Below, piece after piece: positions 45,542-56,466 of a stretch of DNA of 64,000 nucleotides (position 1 is its first letter; every line of letters starts with the position of its first letter). The notes under the pieces are model-generated. The model made no database searches. It was not told the origin of the DNA and was given only the letters and a program-made list of their open reading frames with translations. Location: contig NW_027117354.1 in assembly GCF_038025025.1 (NCBI RefSeq), positions 1 to 64,000 on the forward strand, read 5' to 3'. Source of the DNA: Phyllosticta citribraziliensis. Its lineage: Eukaryota. The position numbers and the translations under genes are program-made.

Positions 45542-47326
45542 ATGGCGTCCGGTTCGATGCTCCCCCAGATGCCTTCTCTCGACGACGAGGACCGCGTCTT
45601 TCAGCAAGAGGTCCAGGCTGTCAAGCAGTGGTGGTCCGACTCGCGATGGAGGTATACCAAGCGGCCGTTTACGGCTGAGCAGATTGTTACCAAGAGAGGC
45701 AACCTGAAGATTCAATATCCGAGCAACGAGCAGTCCAAGAAGGTCTGGCGTACACTGGAAGGACGCTTCAAGGTACTTTCACATGCCGAAGCTGAGAGGA
45801 CGAATGTTGACAACGAGTAGAACAAGGACGCGAGCTTCACGTATGGCTGCTTGGATCCGGTCATGGTCACCCAGATGGCCAAGTACATTGATACCGTATA
45901 CGTGTCGGGCTGGCAATGCTCGTCGACTGCGTCGTCTACAGACGAGCCCGGCCCAGATCTTGCAGACTACCCCATGGTCAGTTTTGTCTTGATGTGATCG
46001 GATGGATACTTACTAGACCAGACGACCGTCCCAAACAAAGTGCAACACCTCTTCTTCGCGCAGCTATTCCACGACCGGAAGCAGAGGGAAGAGCGCCTCG
46101 GGTTTCCCAAAGAGCAACGCAGCAAGCTTGCAAACATTGACTACCTGCGGCCAATCATTGCGGATGCGGATACTGGACATGGAGGCTTGACTGCCATCAT
46201 GAAGCTTACCAAGCTGTTCATTGAGAAAGGAGCTGCTGGAATCCACATTGAGGACCAAGCCCCTGGCACCAAGAAGTGTGGACACATGGCTGGCAAGGTG
46301 CTGGTGCCCATCAGCGAGCACATCAACCGTCTCGTTGCCATTCGTGCGCAAGCCGACATCATGGGAACCGATTTGCTGGCCATTGCCCGCACCGATTCCG
46401 AAGCTGCCACGCTCATTACCTCGACGATTGACCCTCGCGACCACGCCTTCATCCAGGGCGCCACGAACCCAGCTCTTCAGCCCTTGAACGACCTCATGGT
46501 CGCAGCTGAGCAGGCGGGCAAGAACGGTGACGAGCTGCAGCGCATCGAGGACGAATGGGTCGCCCAGGCGGGTCTCAAGCTCTTCCACGAGGCCGTGGCC
46601 GACACGATCAACGCCGGCGTGCACGTCAACAAGGCGCAGCTGATCCAGCAATTCCTGGACCAGAGCAGGGGAAAGAGCAACGCCGAGGCGCGCGCCATTG
46701 CCAAGGGCATCACCGGCGTCGACATTTACTTTGACTGGGACTCTGCGAGGACTCGCGAGGGTTACTACCGCTACCAGGGCGGCTGCCAGTGCGCCATCAA
46801 CCGCGCCATTGCGTACGCCCCGTTCGCCGACCTCATCTGGATGGAGAGTAAGCTGCCCGACTTCAAGCAGGCCAAGGAATTTGCGGACGGCGTCCACGCC
46901 GTGTGGCCGGAGCAAAAGTGAGTACACCGACACACTTCCAGAGTGGCGCTAACAAACCAACGCAGGCTGGCGTACAACCTCTCGCCGTCGTTCAATTGGA
47001 AAAAGGCCATGCCGCGCAACGAGCAAGAGACGTACATCAAGCGGCTCGCCGAGCTGGGCTACTGCTGGCAGTTCATCACGCTGGCGGGCCTGCACCAGAC
47101 GGCGCTCATCAGCGACACGTTCAGCAAGGCCTACGCCAAGCGCGGCATGGCGGCGTACGGCGAGTTGGTCCAGGAGCCCGAGATGGACAACAAGGTTGAC
47201 GTCGTCACGCATCAGAAGTGGAGCGGCGCCAACTATGTCGACAATATGCTCAAGATGGTGTCAGGTGGTGTGAGTTCAACGGCAGCCATGGGCAAGGGAG
47301 TGACGGAAGACCAGTTCAAGCATTGA
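45542..47326 (+). CDS. icl1: Isocitrate lyase (glyoxylate cycle); exons 45542-45772, 45821-45976, 46022-46917, 46966-47326
   Basis: [81 protein letters not shown] and TEDQF. Confidence 0.97.
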
Positions 47327-48626
47327 GATGATGGAGGAAGATGTTTCGCCGTGTATAGTTTTGCAAGAGCGCGTGTCGAGTGTTGAGATTTTGAGATGTT
47401 GAGGGAAGGCCAAGAGAATCAGAGCAAACAGAATCGATACAGCATTTGGATAACCCATTCGATGAGGCGTCCGCTGACGAGAAGATTTTAGCAATGTCTC
47501 GGACTCTTCCGAGCGCGTCGAAGAGATATCACGGCCAGAGTGAAGGCGTGAGGACGGCTGGCATCGGCGGCGTCGAGCGAGTTGGTTGATGCTTTCAGCG
47601 GTAAGCCGAGCCAGCTGCACCCCACCGGCTACCGGCACATCAGCAACACCAGCACTCCGCACGCGGATCGTACTCCGCGTCGTAACCAGCCCAGCCGGTC
47701 AGGGTCTTTTTTTCTCTGTGGGCGCGGGTGGTGGTGAACGCCGCGGCCGACGCCGACGCCGACGCCGGCGTGCCCAGCGTTGCTTTTTCAACGACCATGC
47801 CAGCCAATTGACTTTGTCGACGACTTGTCTCTCTGGCAAAACACAATTGCCTCCAGTCTCTGCGGCCTCGATTGTTGCGGCCAAGAAACCGATCATGAAT
47901 CTCGCCACCATTTGCAAATCCCGATTCGCAACCATCCAGGTTGGCATTGCGTCATGTCCAGGGCGCGGAATAGGGCCGCTCGTATGGATGGTCGCTCGCC
48001 GAGTGACAGCGCCCTTTGCACGGCTAGCTGCCTCAATTCGACACGCCCCACTCTGCTCTCCAGATGGCGCCCTATCATCCTCGAGGAAAACGTCCACAGC
48101 CGTGGGTGACTAAATGACCGACCCCATGGTGTATGTTCGGCTGCAATCGTGTCAATCATGGGGCAGGGCCATTCATTCTTTTTAGCACTTTTCCTCTTTC
48201 CTCTTTCTGTGCCCTTGACTTGGACGCTGTTTGATTCCTCCTTCCTTCAGTAGGAGTAGGCTTTTTTCTAGCGCGTCAAGCCTTTTCTCTCTCATCCCGT
48301 TTCCATTCCTTCTCCAACTGTTCTACCGAGCTTCTACGCCGTGGCCCACCCAAAGACTGAATCCCCATTTTTCCTCCCGCCTTCTCGCTAAGCTTGACTG
48401 TCCTGGCCCCCGCATATTGGTACTGCAGGAGACGCACGCAACCCGTTGGGACGTCCAGTCATAAAGAACCTCCTGCGCAACCACAGTCACCAATTGATGG
48501 CTGCCGGTCTCGGAGCATTCAAACAACGCACCAGACAAATTGAACACGCATTCCGGGAGTAGAGCACTTGACGACTCACGCGTGCCTCTCAGCGTGCCAC
48601 TATCTTTCGCCTTTCAACATCTCGCC

Positions 48627-50748
48627 ATGAATTCCGCCGCCAATCACTCGCTCCACGAATCCTCCATGGACGACTCACCCGCCAAGGACCCGTCCGAAAA
48701 GCACAGCTACCCGGCCTCGACGGCGTCGAGCAGCGACTCGGATTCCTCAGGAGAATCGTTGCGTCATGTGGACTCTCGCAGCAGCCGACGAGACGACCTT
48801 GAGCGCGTGACGGAGCAAGAGTTGGGACTGCAGCATTGCATTTCAAGAGCGAGCGGGACGAGGGACGGTGAGTGTCTGGGTCGAAAGGCGACGGGTAGGT
48901 CCGTCGCTACCAATGCCACGTCGGATCCGGGTTTTGAGGTCGATTGGGAGGACGATGGCGAGACGGACAATCCCCGAGCGTGGCCGCTGCTCTACAGGTC
49001 ATTTATTATTTTTGCATGTGCCTTTTCGACGACTACGGTGTAAGTGTTTTTGTCATTGTCGAACCTTTGCTTCCAAGATGTGTCACTGTTTCTTTGTGCC
49101 AGACATGCGTCTCTGGGCATTCAAGCGTTTCCAAATGCTAACCTTGACAGCGTCATGTATTCGACTTCCTATTCTTCAGGTATCGAGGGTATGATGCACG
49201 ACTTCAACATCTCAAACAAGACGATTGCAGTGCTCGGTATGACGACGTACCTTTGCGCGCTGGCACTCGGTTCGCTCTTCCTAGCACCCTTGTCGGAGAT
49301 GTTTGGCCGGCGGCCCATCTACATGATTAGCATGGCGCTGTTCACGATACTCGTCCTGCCCTGCGCCCTGGCCAAGAACCTCGAAACCATTCTCATCACG
49401 CGCTTCTTTGGAGCGCTGGCTGGCAGCTCCATGATTGCGATGGCACCTGGCAGTATTTCTGACATTGTCGATGACGATCACAGGGCGGCTGCCTTTTCTA
49501 TTTGGAGTATTGGCCCCATGAACGGGGTAAGTTTTCAACCTCCCCTGAATCAACGCATACTGACTTTACCAGCCCGTCATAGGTGCGCACTTGACTCCCA
49601 GAGCCCTTTCAACACTAACCAGGCTCACTATCAACAGGTCCCGTAGTCGGCGGCTTCGTGTATCAATACCTGGGATGGCGGTGGACCAACTGGGTCGTCA
49701 TGTGCTGCGGCGGCGTGTCCTTCGTCCTCATGTGCTTCGTGCGCGAGACGTACGCGCCAGCCATTCTCCGCCAGCGCGCGTCGGCGCGGCGCCGTGAGAC
49801 GGGCAACCCCAAGTGGTGGAGCCGCTACGACGACAAGAGTCCGTTTTGGCCCATGCTCAAGGTCAACCTGTCGCGGCCATTCATCATGGCGATTTTCGAG
49901 CCGATATGGTGAGTCCCTTTGCCGCTATTCCCCTCTCCCACTAACCAAACCTTCCCAGCATCTTCTGGAACCTCTACGTCGCAGTCGTCTACGCCATTCT
50001 GTATCTGTGTTTTGTAGCGTACCCCATCGTCTTCACCAACATCCGCGGCTTCAGCCCCGGCGCCACTGGCCTGTCGTACCTAGGCATCGGCCTGGGCAAC
50101 ATGCTCGCCATCTGCGGCGAGCCGCTCATCCGCCGCGTCATCTCGCGCCACGCTGCCGACCCGGCCACCGGCCGGCCGCCCCCTGAAGCCATGGTCTCCA
50201 TCATCTGCGTCGCCGCGCTGCTCATTCCGGCCGGCGAGCTGTGGTTCGCGTGGACGGCCACTCCGCCCGTCGGCTGGTGGTGGCCGATCCTGGCTGGCAT
50301 ACCTTTTGGCGTACGACCTCTCTTCTCTCCCCATCCTTTTCTCGCAACCTCGCTAACACACCCTCCCCACGCACAGGCCGGCAACTGCACCGTCTTCATC
50401 TACTCGTCCAACTTCCTCGCCAGCACCTACGGCGTCTTCGCCGCGTCGGCCCTCGCCGGCAACTCGGTCCTGCGCTCCGTCATGGGCGGCGTGCTGCCGC
50501 TCGCCGGCCCCGCCATGTACAACTCGCTCGGCCCGCACTGGGCCGGCACGCTGCTCGGCCTGCTCGAGGTCCTGCTCATACCCATCCCGTTCGTCTTTTA
50601 CCGCTACGGCGCCCGCATTCGCCAGCGCAGCCGCCTCATTGCTGATATGCGCCGTGACATGGAGAGGTTGGCGGCGAAGAAGTTGAGGGCCGAGCGTGTG
50701 GCTGCGGAGTCCAAGGAGGGGGGGAGGGTGAGGGTGGAGGATGTGTAG
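48627..50748 (+). CDS. MFS drug:H+ antiporter (DHA1 family); exons 48627-49039, 49151-49526, 49573-49582, 49638-49908, 49959-50310, 50377-50748
   Basis: EVDWEDDGETDNPRAWP, LAPLSEMFGRRPIY, SIGPMNG|PVI|GPVVGGFVYQYLGWRW, RETYAPAIL and YGVFAASALAGNSVLRS. Confidence 0.92.
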
Positions 50749-51200
50749 GTGGGAAAAGGTTGAAAAAGGTAGAGGTGTTGGTAAGCGATGGAGTGCTAGA
50801 GGGGACGAGATGAATTGCATGGCGATGGCACGTCGTGTCAACAGAACCGGCGCAAAAAGGGGCACTCACGGCGCGCCATGACTTCATGATGGGAAAAGGC
50901 ACGCAGCATCTTGTAATTCGAATTCATACTTTACCATGATTGGCGACTCTGCGCACTTGACGAGCAACAACATGTGTCTGGATTGTTCAACCTAGTTAGG
51001 AAGGTCTCAATATATCATATGAGCAGGAGGGCAGCAAACTTTTGATTTCCGCCTTGTCTCTCATCCACGCTGCACTATCTACTTTTAAAACAACACGTAC
51101 ATGGGATATCTGCAAACAAGTTTTCGCACGCAAGCGTGTCTTGCATCTAATTCTACCACACCTGATGCGCGTCCGTCTCCTTAGGTTTTGTCTCTTCACT

Positions 51201-54200
51201 CTAGCGGCCCTGTGCCTCTCCTTGTGCCTCTCCCTCCTTCTGGCCGTCGCCGGCAAGTTCGCCCTCGGCAGTAGTAGTCTCGCTGGCCTTGCTCTCCTCC
51301 GCGTCTATCCCCACCTCTGCGAGCAGTTTCTCGGCGTCTGCGTCGTTGAGGTGGCCGACGTTGCCGGCCTCGTCTTCTCTGCTCGACGGCGATTCGTGCC
51401 GTTGGAGGTCTGGCTCTGATTGTGGTTCTGGCCGCACCGCGCATGTCGCAACCTCAATCTCACGCGCCGACCGCATAAAGCGGCCGGCCTCGCTCTCCGC
51501 CTCGTCGTCCGCGCCCGCCTCTCTGTCGAAGAACGACGGGCCGCCGCTGGACGCGTGCACCATGCGCGCCATGCCCAGCGGCTTCGGCTTGCGCAGCGCA
51601 CCCAGGCTGTCCATCTGCTCCTGCGCCTCCCAGAGCCGCCTGTCCATCTCCTGCCGCTGCTTCGCCTCCAGCTGCTCCCTCGCGTAGCTCCCTCGCGGCG
51701 ACAGCGGCGGCATGATGCGGCCCTCCCGGTCCCGCTGAAAGGAGTCGCCCGGGTACCAGCGCAGGTAGAAGAGGTCCTCTTTGAGCGGGCGCACGAAGGC
51801 GTTGTCCGGGTCGCGGTGCGCCGTCAGCGGGGAGGCGTCCGGCTCGGGGCGCGGCGAGCGCGTTAGGGGCTCGGGCAGAGGGGACATGTTGTTCGTGGGC
51901 CTCACCTGTGACCTCTTCCACTGCTGCGGGCGCCACATCTGGGTGACGTTCGCCTCGACGGCCGAGGAGTTGTTGAGGTTGAGGCTCTCGCCCGGCAGCC
52001 AGTGGTAGAAGACGGTGTGCATGGGAAGCTCCTCGGGACCTTTGCGACGCTCCCGTTTGTTGGCCGTGTAGCTCTCGAGTATGTCGCTGTACTCCTTCTC
52101 GTCGAGCTGCGACGAGGCCTCGTCTTCTCTGGCTTGCCTCCATGTGTATTGGCCGACGGCTTCGAAGTGTTTGACGTTCAGCTCTCCGGTTCTACTGAAG
52201 CCCTTGTCTGAACCCCAATGTAGGCCCAGCTTCCTGCTATTCTTCTTTGCGGCTACGTCCTTGCCTTTCATCGCCGCCTCCTGCCGCGCAAAGTCTACGG
52301 CATCATCAACCGGATAATTCTTTATCAGCAGACCGAGCGAGTGGGCCGACCGCCGCAGCTCATAGTAGCGCGCTCTCCAATCAACCGGCTCGCCACGAAA
52401 GCCGACTCTGGAGAGAATATCGACCAGAGCGTTGTTCAAGGTCTCATTGCGTGGGCTGTGCCTTGTGGTTTGCCGCGACTGCCGTTCTTTCTGGTTGTGC
52501 TCGACCACTTCTCTCAGCTTGAGATATTGCTTTCGCCAACGCGTGTCGTCTGTGACGTCCGATGGTACCGTTTTGACAGGTCGGACTACCAACTCGTTTG
52601 GATCCCTCCCAAGCTCTTGACTGTCTGGATCATCAAGCTGGTCGCGGAGCATGTTCACGAGGGAGCCAAAGCCCTTTGGAACCCGTTCGGGTGCTCGCTG
52701 TGATATAAGCCTCTGCTTACGGTCCTCACCATGTTGCATTTCCCCCTCTTTCCACTTCGCCGCCTGCCAGTTCAAGGGCTTGGCAATTTCTGCATGTGCC
52801 TGACGCCAATCCTTCTCCTCGCTGCTCTGATCCTCAAGGGCTGCCAGTATTTTTTCTTTGGAGTATAAGTCTGGCAGAGCCTGCACGTGTGCAGAATGTT
52901 CCGTAATCTCTTTGCCAAGAACACGGCGAACCAGGGGCTGCCACTCTGGGGTCATGATGGGGCCCCATTGTTTCAGATAGACCTGTTCAGCAGAGATACC
53001 CATGGGCTCCCTACGGTGACCCGAGGTGACGCTATTCCACTTGGATGTCACCATTCTCATCAGGGATGCAACCTCGGTGCCATCCTCTATGCCCATCAAG
53101 CTTGCGTGTTCCTTGGCCACCATGGCGTTGTATTGTTCCAGATTGAAGTTTCGATGGAGAACCACAGTCTCCCGAAGCTTCAGTGTTCCATCTCCCGGCT
53201 TGCTTATACTGGCCTGAATGGAGAAAAACTCCGTCTGGCTCACGGTGAGCGTCCGGTCCGTTATGCACCACACTGGAAACGCCATCTCCTTCTCTCCATT
53301 TGTTTTCTTCGAGAGATCGTCTGCAATCTGGTTGACCAGAGCCTCGACAACCTCGCTCGCCGTTATCTCGAGCTGCGATAATTGTCGGGACTCCATCGTT
53401 AACCAAAGGATTGGCGGTTTGCGCAAATCCAACAAATGGTGCCATCTTTCGGATACAGGGACGACCAGTTTCGTGGTCAGTCTCCATGACGAGGAAAATC
53501 CAAGGTCGCTCATTGGCTCTGCTGCTGCGTCCATCTGCCATCTCCCCAAATACTTTTTTGCCGCCTTTTGCAACGCCCAGCCCAAATCCACATCCTCGTC
53601 CGAAACAATCCATTGGGTGCCCTCGGCATTGGCACTCCCTATCCTCGTATATACAAGCCTCCCAAAATTGGAAAGCTCCAAGTGTGCCTTGAGACTTTCT
53701 TTCAAATTCATGGCCTCGATGATGAAGGAGCGGGCGGAGCGAAAGTCGACAAATTCGAAGCCTCGATGGAGGCAGTTATGCTTTTTACCGGTTCTCCAAG
53801 GTGTATACGTGCAAAGCGAGAGGACATCTTCCTGAGTGGTGCGCTTGGACGTATTCTCTGGTGGACTGGCAGTTTCGCCTTGTTCATCTCCCAACGTCGA
53901 TATCCAAGGATCGGAGGCATACGGGTCTTCCTTGGCACGTTGCTGTTCTATTTCGGATGACGTCTTCTCCGAAGTGGATGTCCCGTTGTTTGCGGGCTCG
54001 ACCTGGCGCAATCCCTCGAATTGGCTCTTTCCGGCGCGTCTTTGATTGCCTGCACGCGCAGGACTCGAGTCTTCTCGAATGTTTTCATCCTCGTCGCCAA
54101 AGCCCCCGCGGCTTACTGAATATCTCGGCTCGTCGGATTGAATCTCGGTGGGAGGGGCAGGTTCATTCTCGAGGGGCGCTGCGTGTTCATGTCCGGTCGA

Positions 54201-54332
54201 GTACGGCCGGCGAAAAAATGACGGTTCGCAATTGAACCGGCGGTGGCGGCGCAAGATCGAGGGTGACAGGAGGCGTTTGGCGTGTCGTGTGGAAGACGCT
54301 TGAGGAGCGTAACCGCGGAGGACTGTGATCAT
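51201..54332 (-). CDS. Large hypothetical protein (~1043 aa) with predicted mitochondrial presequence and a degenerate pterin-4a-carbinolamine dehydratase-like domain
   Basis: 3.1-kb uninterrupted ORF. The ATG at 54332 gives an Arg/Ser-rich N-terminus nearly free of acidic residues, ending RRPYST. A PCD-like pattern lies at about 53830-53545. Confidence 0.78.
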   Translation of the reverse strand: MITVLRGYAPQASSTRHAKRLLSPSILRRHRRFNCEPSFFRRPYSTGHEHAAPLENEPAPPTEIQSDEPRYSVSRGGFGDEDENIREDSSPARAGNQRRAGKSQFEGLRQVEPANNGTSTSEKTSSEIEQQRAKEDPYASDPWISTLGDEQGETASPPENTSKRTTQEDVLSLCTYTPWRTGKKHNCLHRGFEFVDFRSARSFIIEAMNLKESLKAHLELSNFGRLVYTRIGSANAEGTQWIVSDEDVDLGWALQKAAKKYLGRWQMDAAAEPMSDLGFSSSWRLTTKLVVPVSERWHHLLDLRKPPILWLTMESRQLSQLEITASEVVEALVNQIADDLSKKTNGEKEMAFPVWCITDRTLTVSQTEFFSIQASISKPGDGTLKLRETVVLHRNFNLEQYNAMVAKEHASLMGIEDGTEVASLMRMVTSKWNSVTSGHRREPMGISAEQVYLKQWGPIMTPEWQPLVRRVLGKEITEHSAHVQALPDLYSKEKILAALEDQSSEEKDWRQAHAEIAKPLNWQAAKWKEGEMQHGEDRKQRLISQRAPERVPKGFGSLVNMLRDQLDDPDSQELGRDPNELVVRPVKTVPSDVTDDTRWRKQYLKLREVVEHNQKERQSRQTTRHSPRNETLNNALVDILSRVGFRGEPVDWRARYYELRRSAHSLGLLIKNYPVDDAVDFARQEAAMKGKDVAAKKNSRKLGLHWGSDKGFSRTGELNVKHFEAVGQYTWRQAREDEASSQLDEKEYSDILESYTANKRERRKGPEELPMHTVFYHWLPGESLNLNNSSAVEANVTQMWRPQQWKRSQVRPTNNMSPLPEPLTRSPRPEPDASPLTAHRDPDNAFVRPLKEDLFYLRWYPGDSFQRDREGRIMPPLSPRGSYAREQLEAKQRQEMDRRLWEAQEQMDSLGALRKPKPLGMARMVHASSGGPSFFDREAGADDEAESEAGRFMRSAREIEVATCAVRPEPQSEPDLQRHESPSSREDEAGNVGHLNDADAEKLLAEVGIDAEESKASETTTAEGELAGDGQKEGEAQGEAQGR

Positions 54333-54750
54333 TTCGACATTGTTCAGCAATGGGGTGCATTGGTGGAAGTTGTCATAGCTTCGTGTTGGCGTCGGGGAAG
54401 ATTGACGGGGCACGGGCCGATCCAGGCACCATGCTGCGGGCCGGCTTGAACACCACGGCATCCTGTCTCCATGAGTGCACCTAGCGAACATTCATTTTTA
54501 CTACAGCTGTGATTAGGAAGCATTCATGTTGTACCACTATGCGTTGGCTTAGGAAGCAGTCGTTCATTGCCGCAGCCAGACCCAGGCAGTCTCTTTTTTC
54601 AACATCGCTTGTGCCGTTTCACATAACATCTTCATTGGTTGCAATAATTTGTATTACTGAATTGACCGAATCCTCCGTCTATAGGTATTTCCATCTAACA
54701 ATCTCATGCTTATGCAAGCCGTGCCATCTATGCTTCAATAAAAGAACCCA

Positions 54751-56466
54751 CTATGCAAACATCTTATGCCCATCCATGCCCTTCCTCCACTTCTCACCAT
54801 ATCTGGCCATAGCCCAAATGCAACCAGCGCCCCAAACGAGAGAAATGACGGCTAACCCGGTAAAAAGCCAGCCATCTCCTATTGCCGAAATGAGTGGTTG
54901 CGCAACGACGCTACCAACGCAAGAGAAGATGTTGCGGACAAAGTTGTTGAGCGCAATGCCATTGCTGGCCTTTTTGGGCATGAACTCCGTCAACATGGTC
55001 GTGACCATAGAAAAGATGAGCATGCTGCCGATGCCGAAGAAGAAGTTTGCCAGCATGGGCACGAACCAAAAGATGCCCTTTTCCGCCGTCCAGCCGTACC
55101 AAACGAGCGCCCCGGGGAGCAGCACGCAGCCGAGCCACGCGTTCTCGCGCATCCGGTCTTCAGGCAGGAAGTGCAGTTTTCCCGTAACTGGGTCGACGCG
55201 GTTCTTGCGCCGTGCCTCGCGGTGCATGATGTAGTCAATCCAACTACCGCCGACGATGCTTGTCACCATGTAGCCCAGCGAGTTGGGAATGTACAGCAGG
55301 CCCACAATGAGCGTCGAGAAGCCGTACGGCGCCACTTTGAACGTGACTTCAACTGAGATGTTGAGTACGTACAGGCACGCAAAGGCTATGGTGGCGTAGC
55401 TGACGACAAGGAAGATGGCCGGGAATTGGAGATACAGGATGATGCCCAGAGGATCCAGGAAGCAGCGGCGGAGCACCGCCAGGTAGTTTTTGGCCTTGAC
55501 TTGGGCACTTTGCCGCGTCGAGATTCGCTGAAGAGCTGGGTTGACGCTTGTTTTCTCCATACCGCCGACCGACGCCTCAATTGCTTCGGTCGTGTTTGCT
55601 CCGGCCAGGGGATCGGGCGAATCCATCTTTGGAACGGCCATTTTCCGGTGGAGCGTCTCTGGCAGGCAAAAACAAATGGTTAGCCACACAACACCGCCGT
55701 ATATCAACAGGAACCATTGCGTGCTTCGCCATCCCAACCCCTCGGCCAGAGCACCGCCGACGATCGGGGCGACCAAGGGTCCACACAATGGCCCCAAGTA
55801 GAAAATTCCCATGCCACGGCCTCGCTCCTTGACCTCCCACACATCCGCCACTGTTCCGCCACCCACTGCCTGTACGCTCGCTGATGCTCCACCCGACAAG
55901 ACTCGCATGACGATGAGCATCGAAATGTTGGTCGAGACGGCCGAAAGCACTTGGAAGACCAGATAAAGCGCAAACGAAATGAGGTAGATGTTTCGTCGGC
56001 CCAAGGTCTCTGAGAATGAACTCCACCACAGCGGAAATATCGACATGGCCAGCATGTAGAAAGATACCGTCATGTTCGCAATGGTGGCGGTAGTGTTGAG
56101 GTCCGCGGTCACCTCACTAAGAGCCGGCAACAGAATGGCAGAGCCCATTGGGGCGGCGGCAGCCGTAAAGGCCACTATTGCAGTGATTGTCCATTTGATC
56201 TTGCGGCTGTACTCATAAGGATCCGTGACCTCTGGGATGAGGGACAGGTTGGCTAGAAGGCCTCTTCGTTCTTTGCGGGGAACCGTGGTGGGGGGCCGAG
56301 ACACTGCGGAAGATCGAGTTGTAGATCGCTGCACATCTGGAGCGGCGGCATCGTCCTTATCGGACACTGATGAGCTGCTGGACCGGTGCGGCTGCTCTTC
56401 TGCAGCCTCGAGATCGTGGTCTTCCTTGCTGGTGGACTCCGTGGGCTCCTTTTCGTGGTTGGTCAT
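54751..56466 (-). CDS. MFS transporter, DHA1 family (Qdr/Dtr1-like), intronless
   Basis: IPEVTDPYEYSRKIKW, FPLWWSSFSETLGRRNIY, GGGTVADVWEVKERGRGMGIFYLGPLCGP, LGWRSTQW, LPETL and PEDRMRENAW. Confidence 0.93.
   Translation of the reverse strand: MTNHEKEPTESTSKEDHDLEAAEEQPHRSSSSSVSDKDDAAAPDVQRSTTRSSAVSRPPTTVPRKERRGLLANLSLIPEVTDPYEYSRKIKWTITAIVAFTAAAAPMGSAILLPALSEVTADLNTTATIANMTVSFYMLAMSIFPLWWSSFSETLGRRNIYLISFALYLVFQVLSAVSTNISMLIVMRVLSGGASASVQAVGGGTVADVWEVKERGRGMGIFYLGPLCGPLVAPIVGGALAEGLGWRSTQWFLLIYGGVVWLTICFCLPETLHRKMAVPKMDSPDPLAGANTTEAIEASVGGMEKTSVNPALQRISTRQSAQVKAKNYLAVLRRCFLDPLGIILYLQFPAIFLVVSYATIAFACLYVLNISVEVTFKVAPYGFSTLIVGLLYIPNSLGYMVTSIVGGSWIDYIMHREARRKNRVDPVTGKLHFLPEDRMRENAWLGCVLLPGALVWYGWTAEKGIFWFVPMLANFFFGIGSMLIFSMVTTMLTEFMPKKASNGIALNNFVRNIFSCVGSVVAQPLISAIGDGWLFTGLAVISLVWGAGCIWAMARYGEKWRKGMDGHKMFA

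Noticed and set aside
49040..49150. 111-nt MFS intron tested as a nested (stwintron) intron
   Set aside because: Two-step excision via the internal CCAG would leave the exons out of frame; a single GT-AG intron explains the protein.
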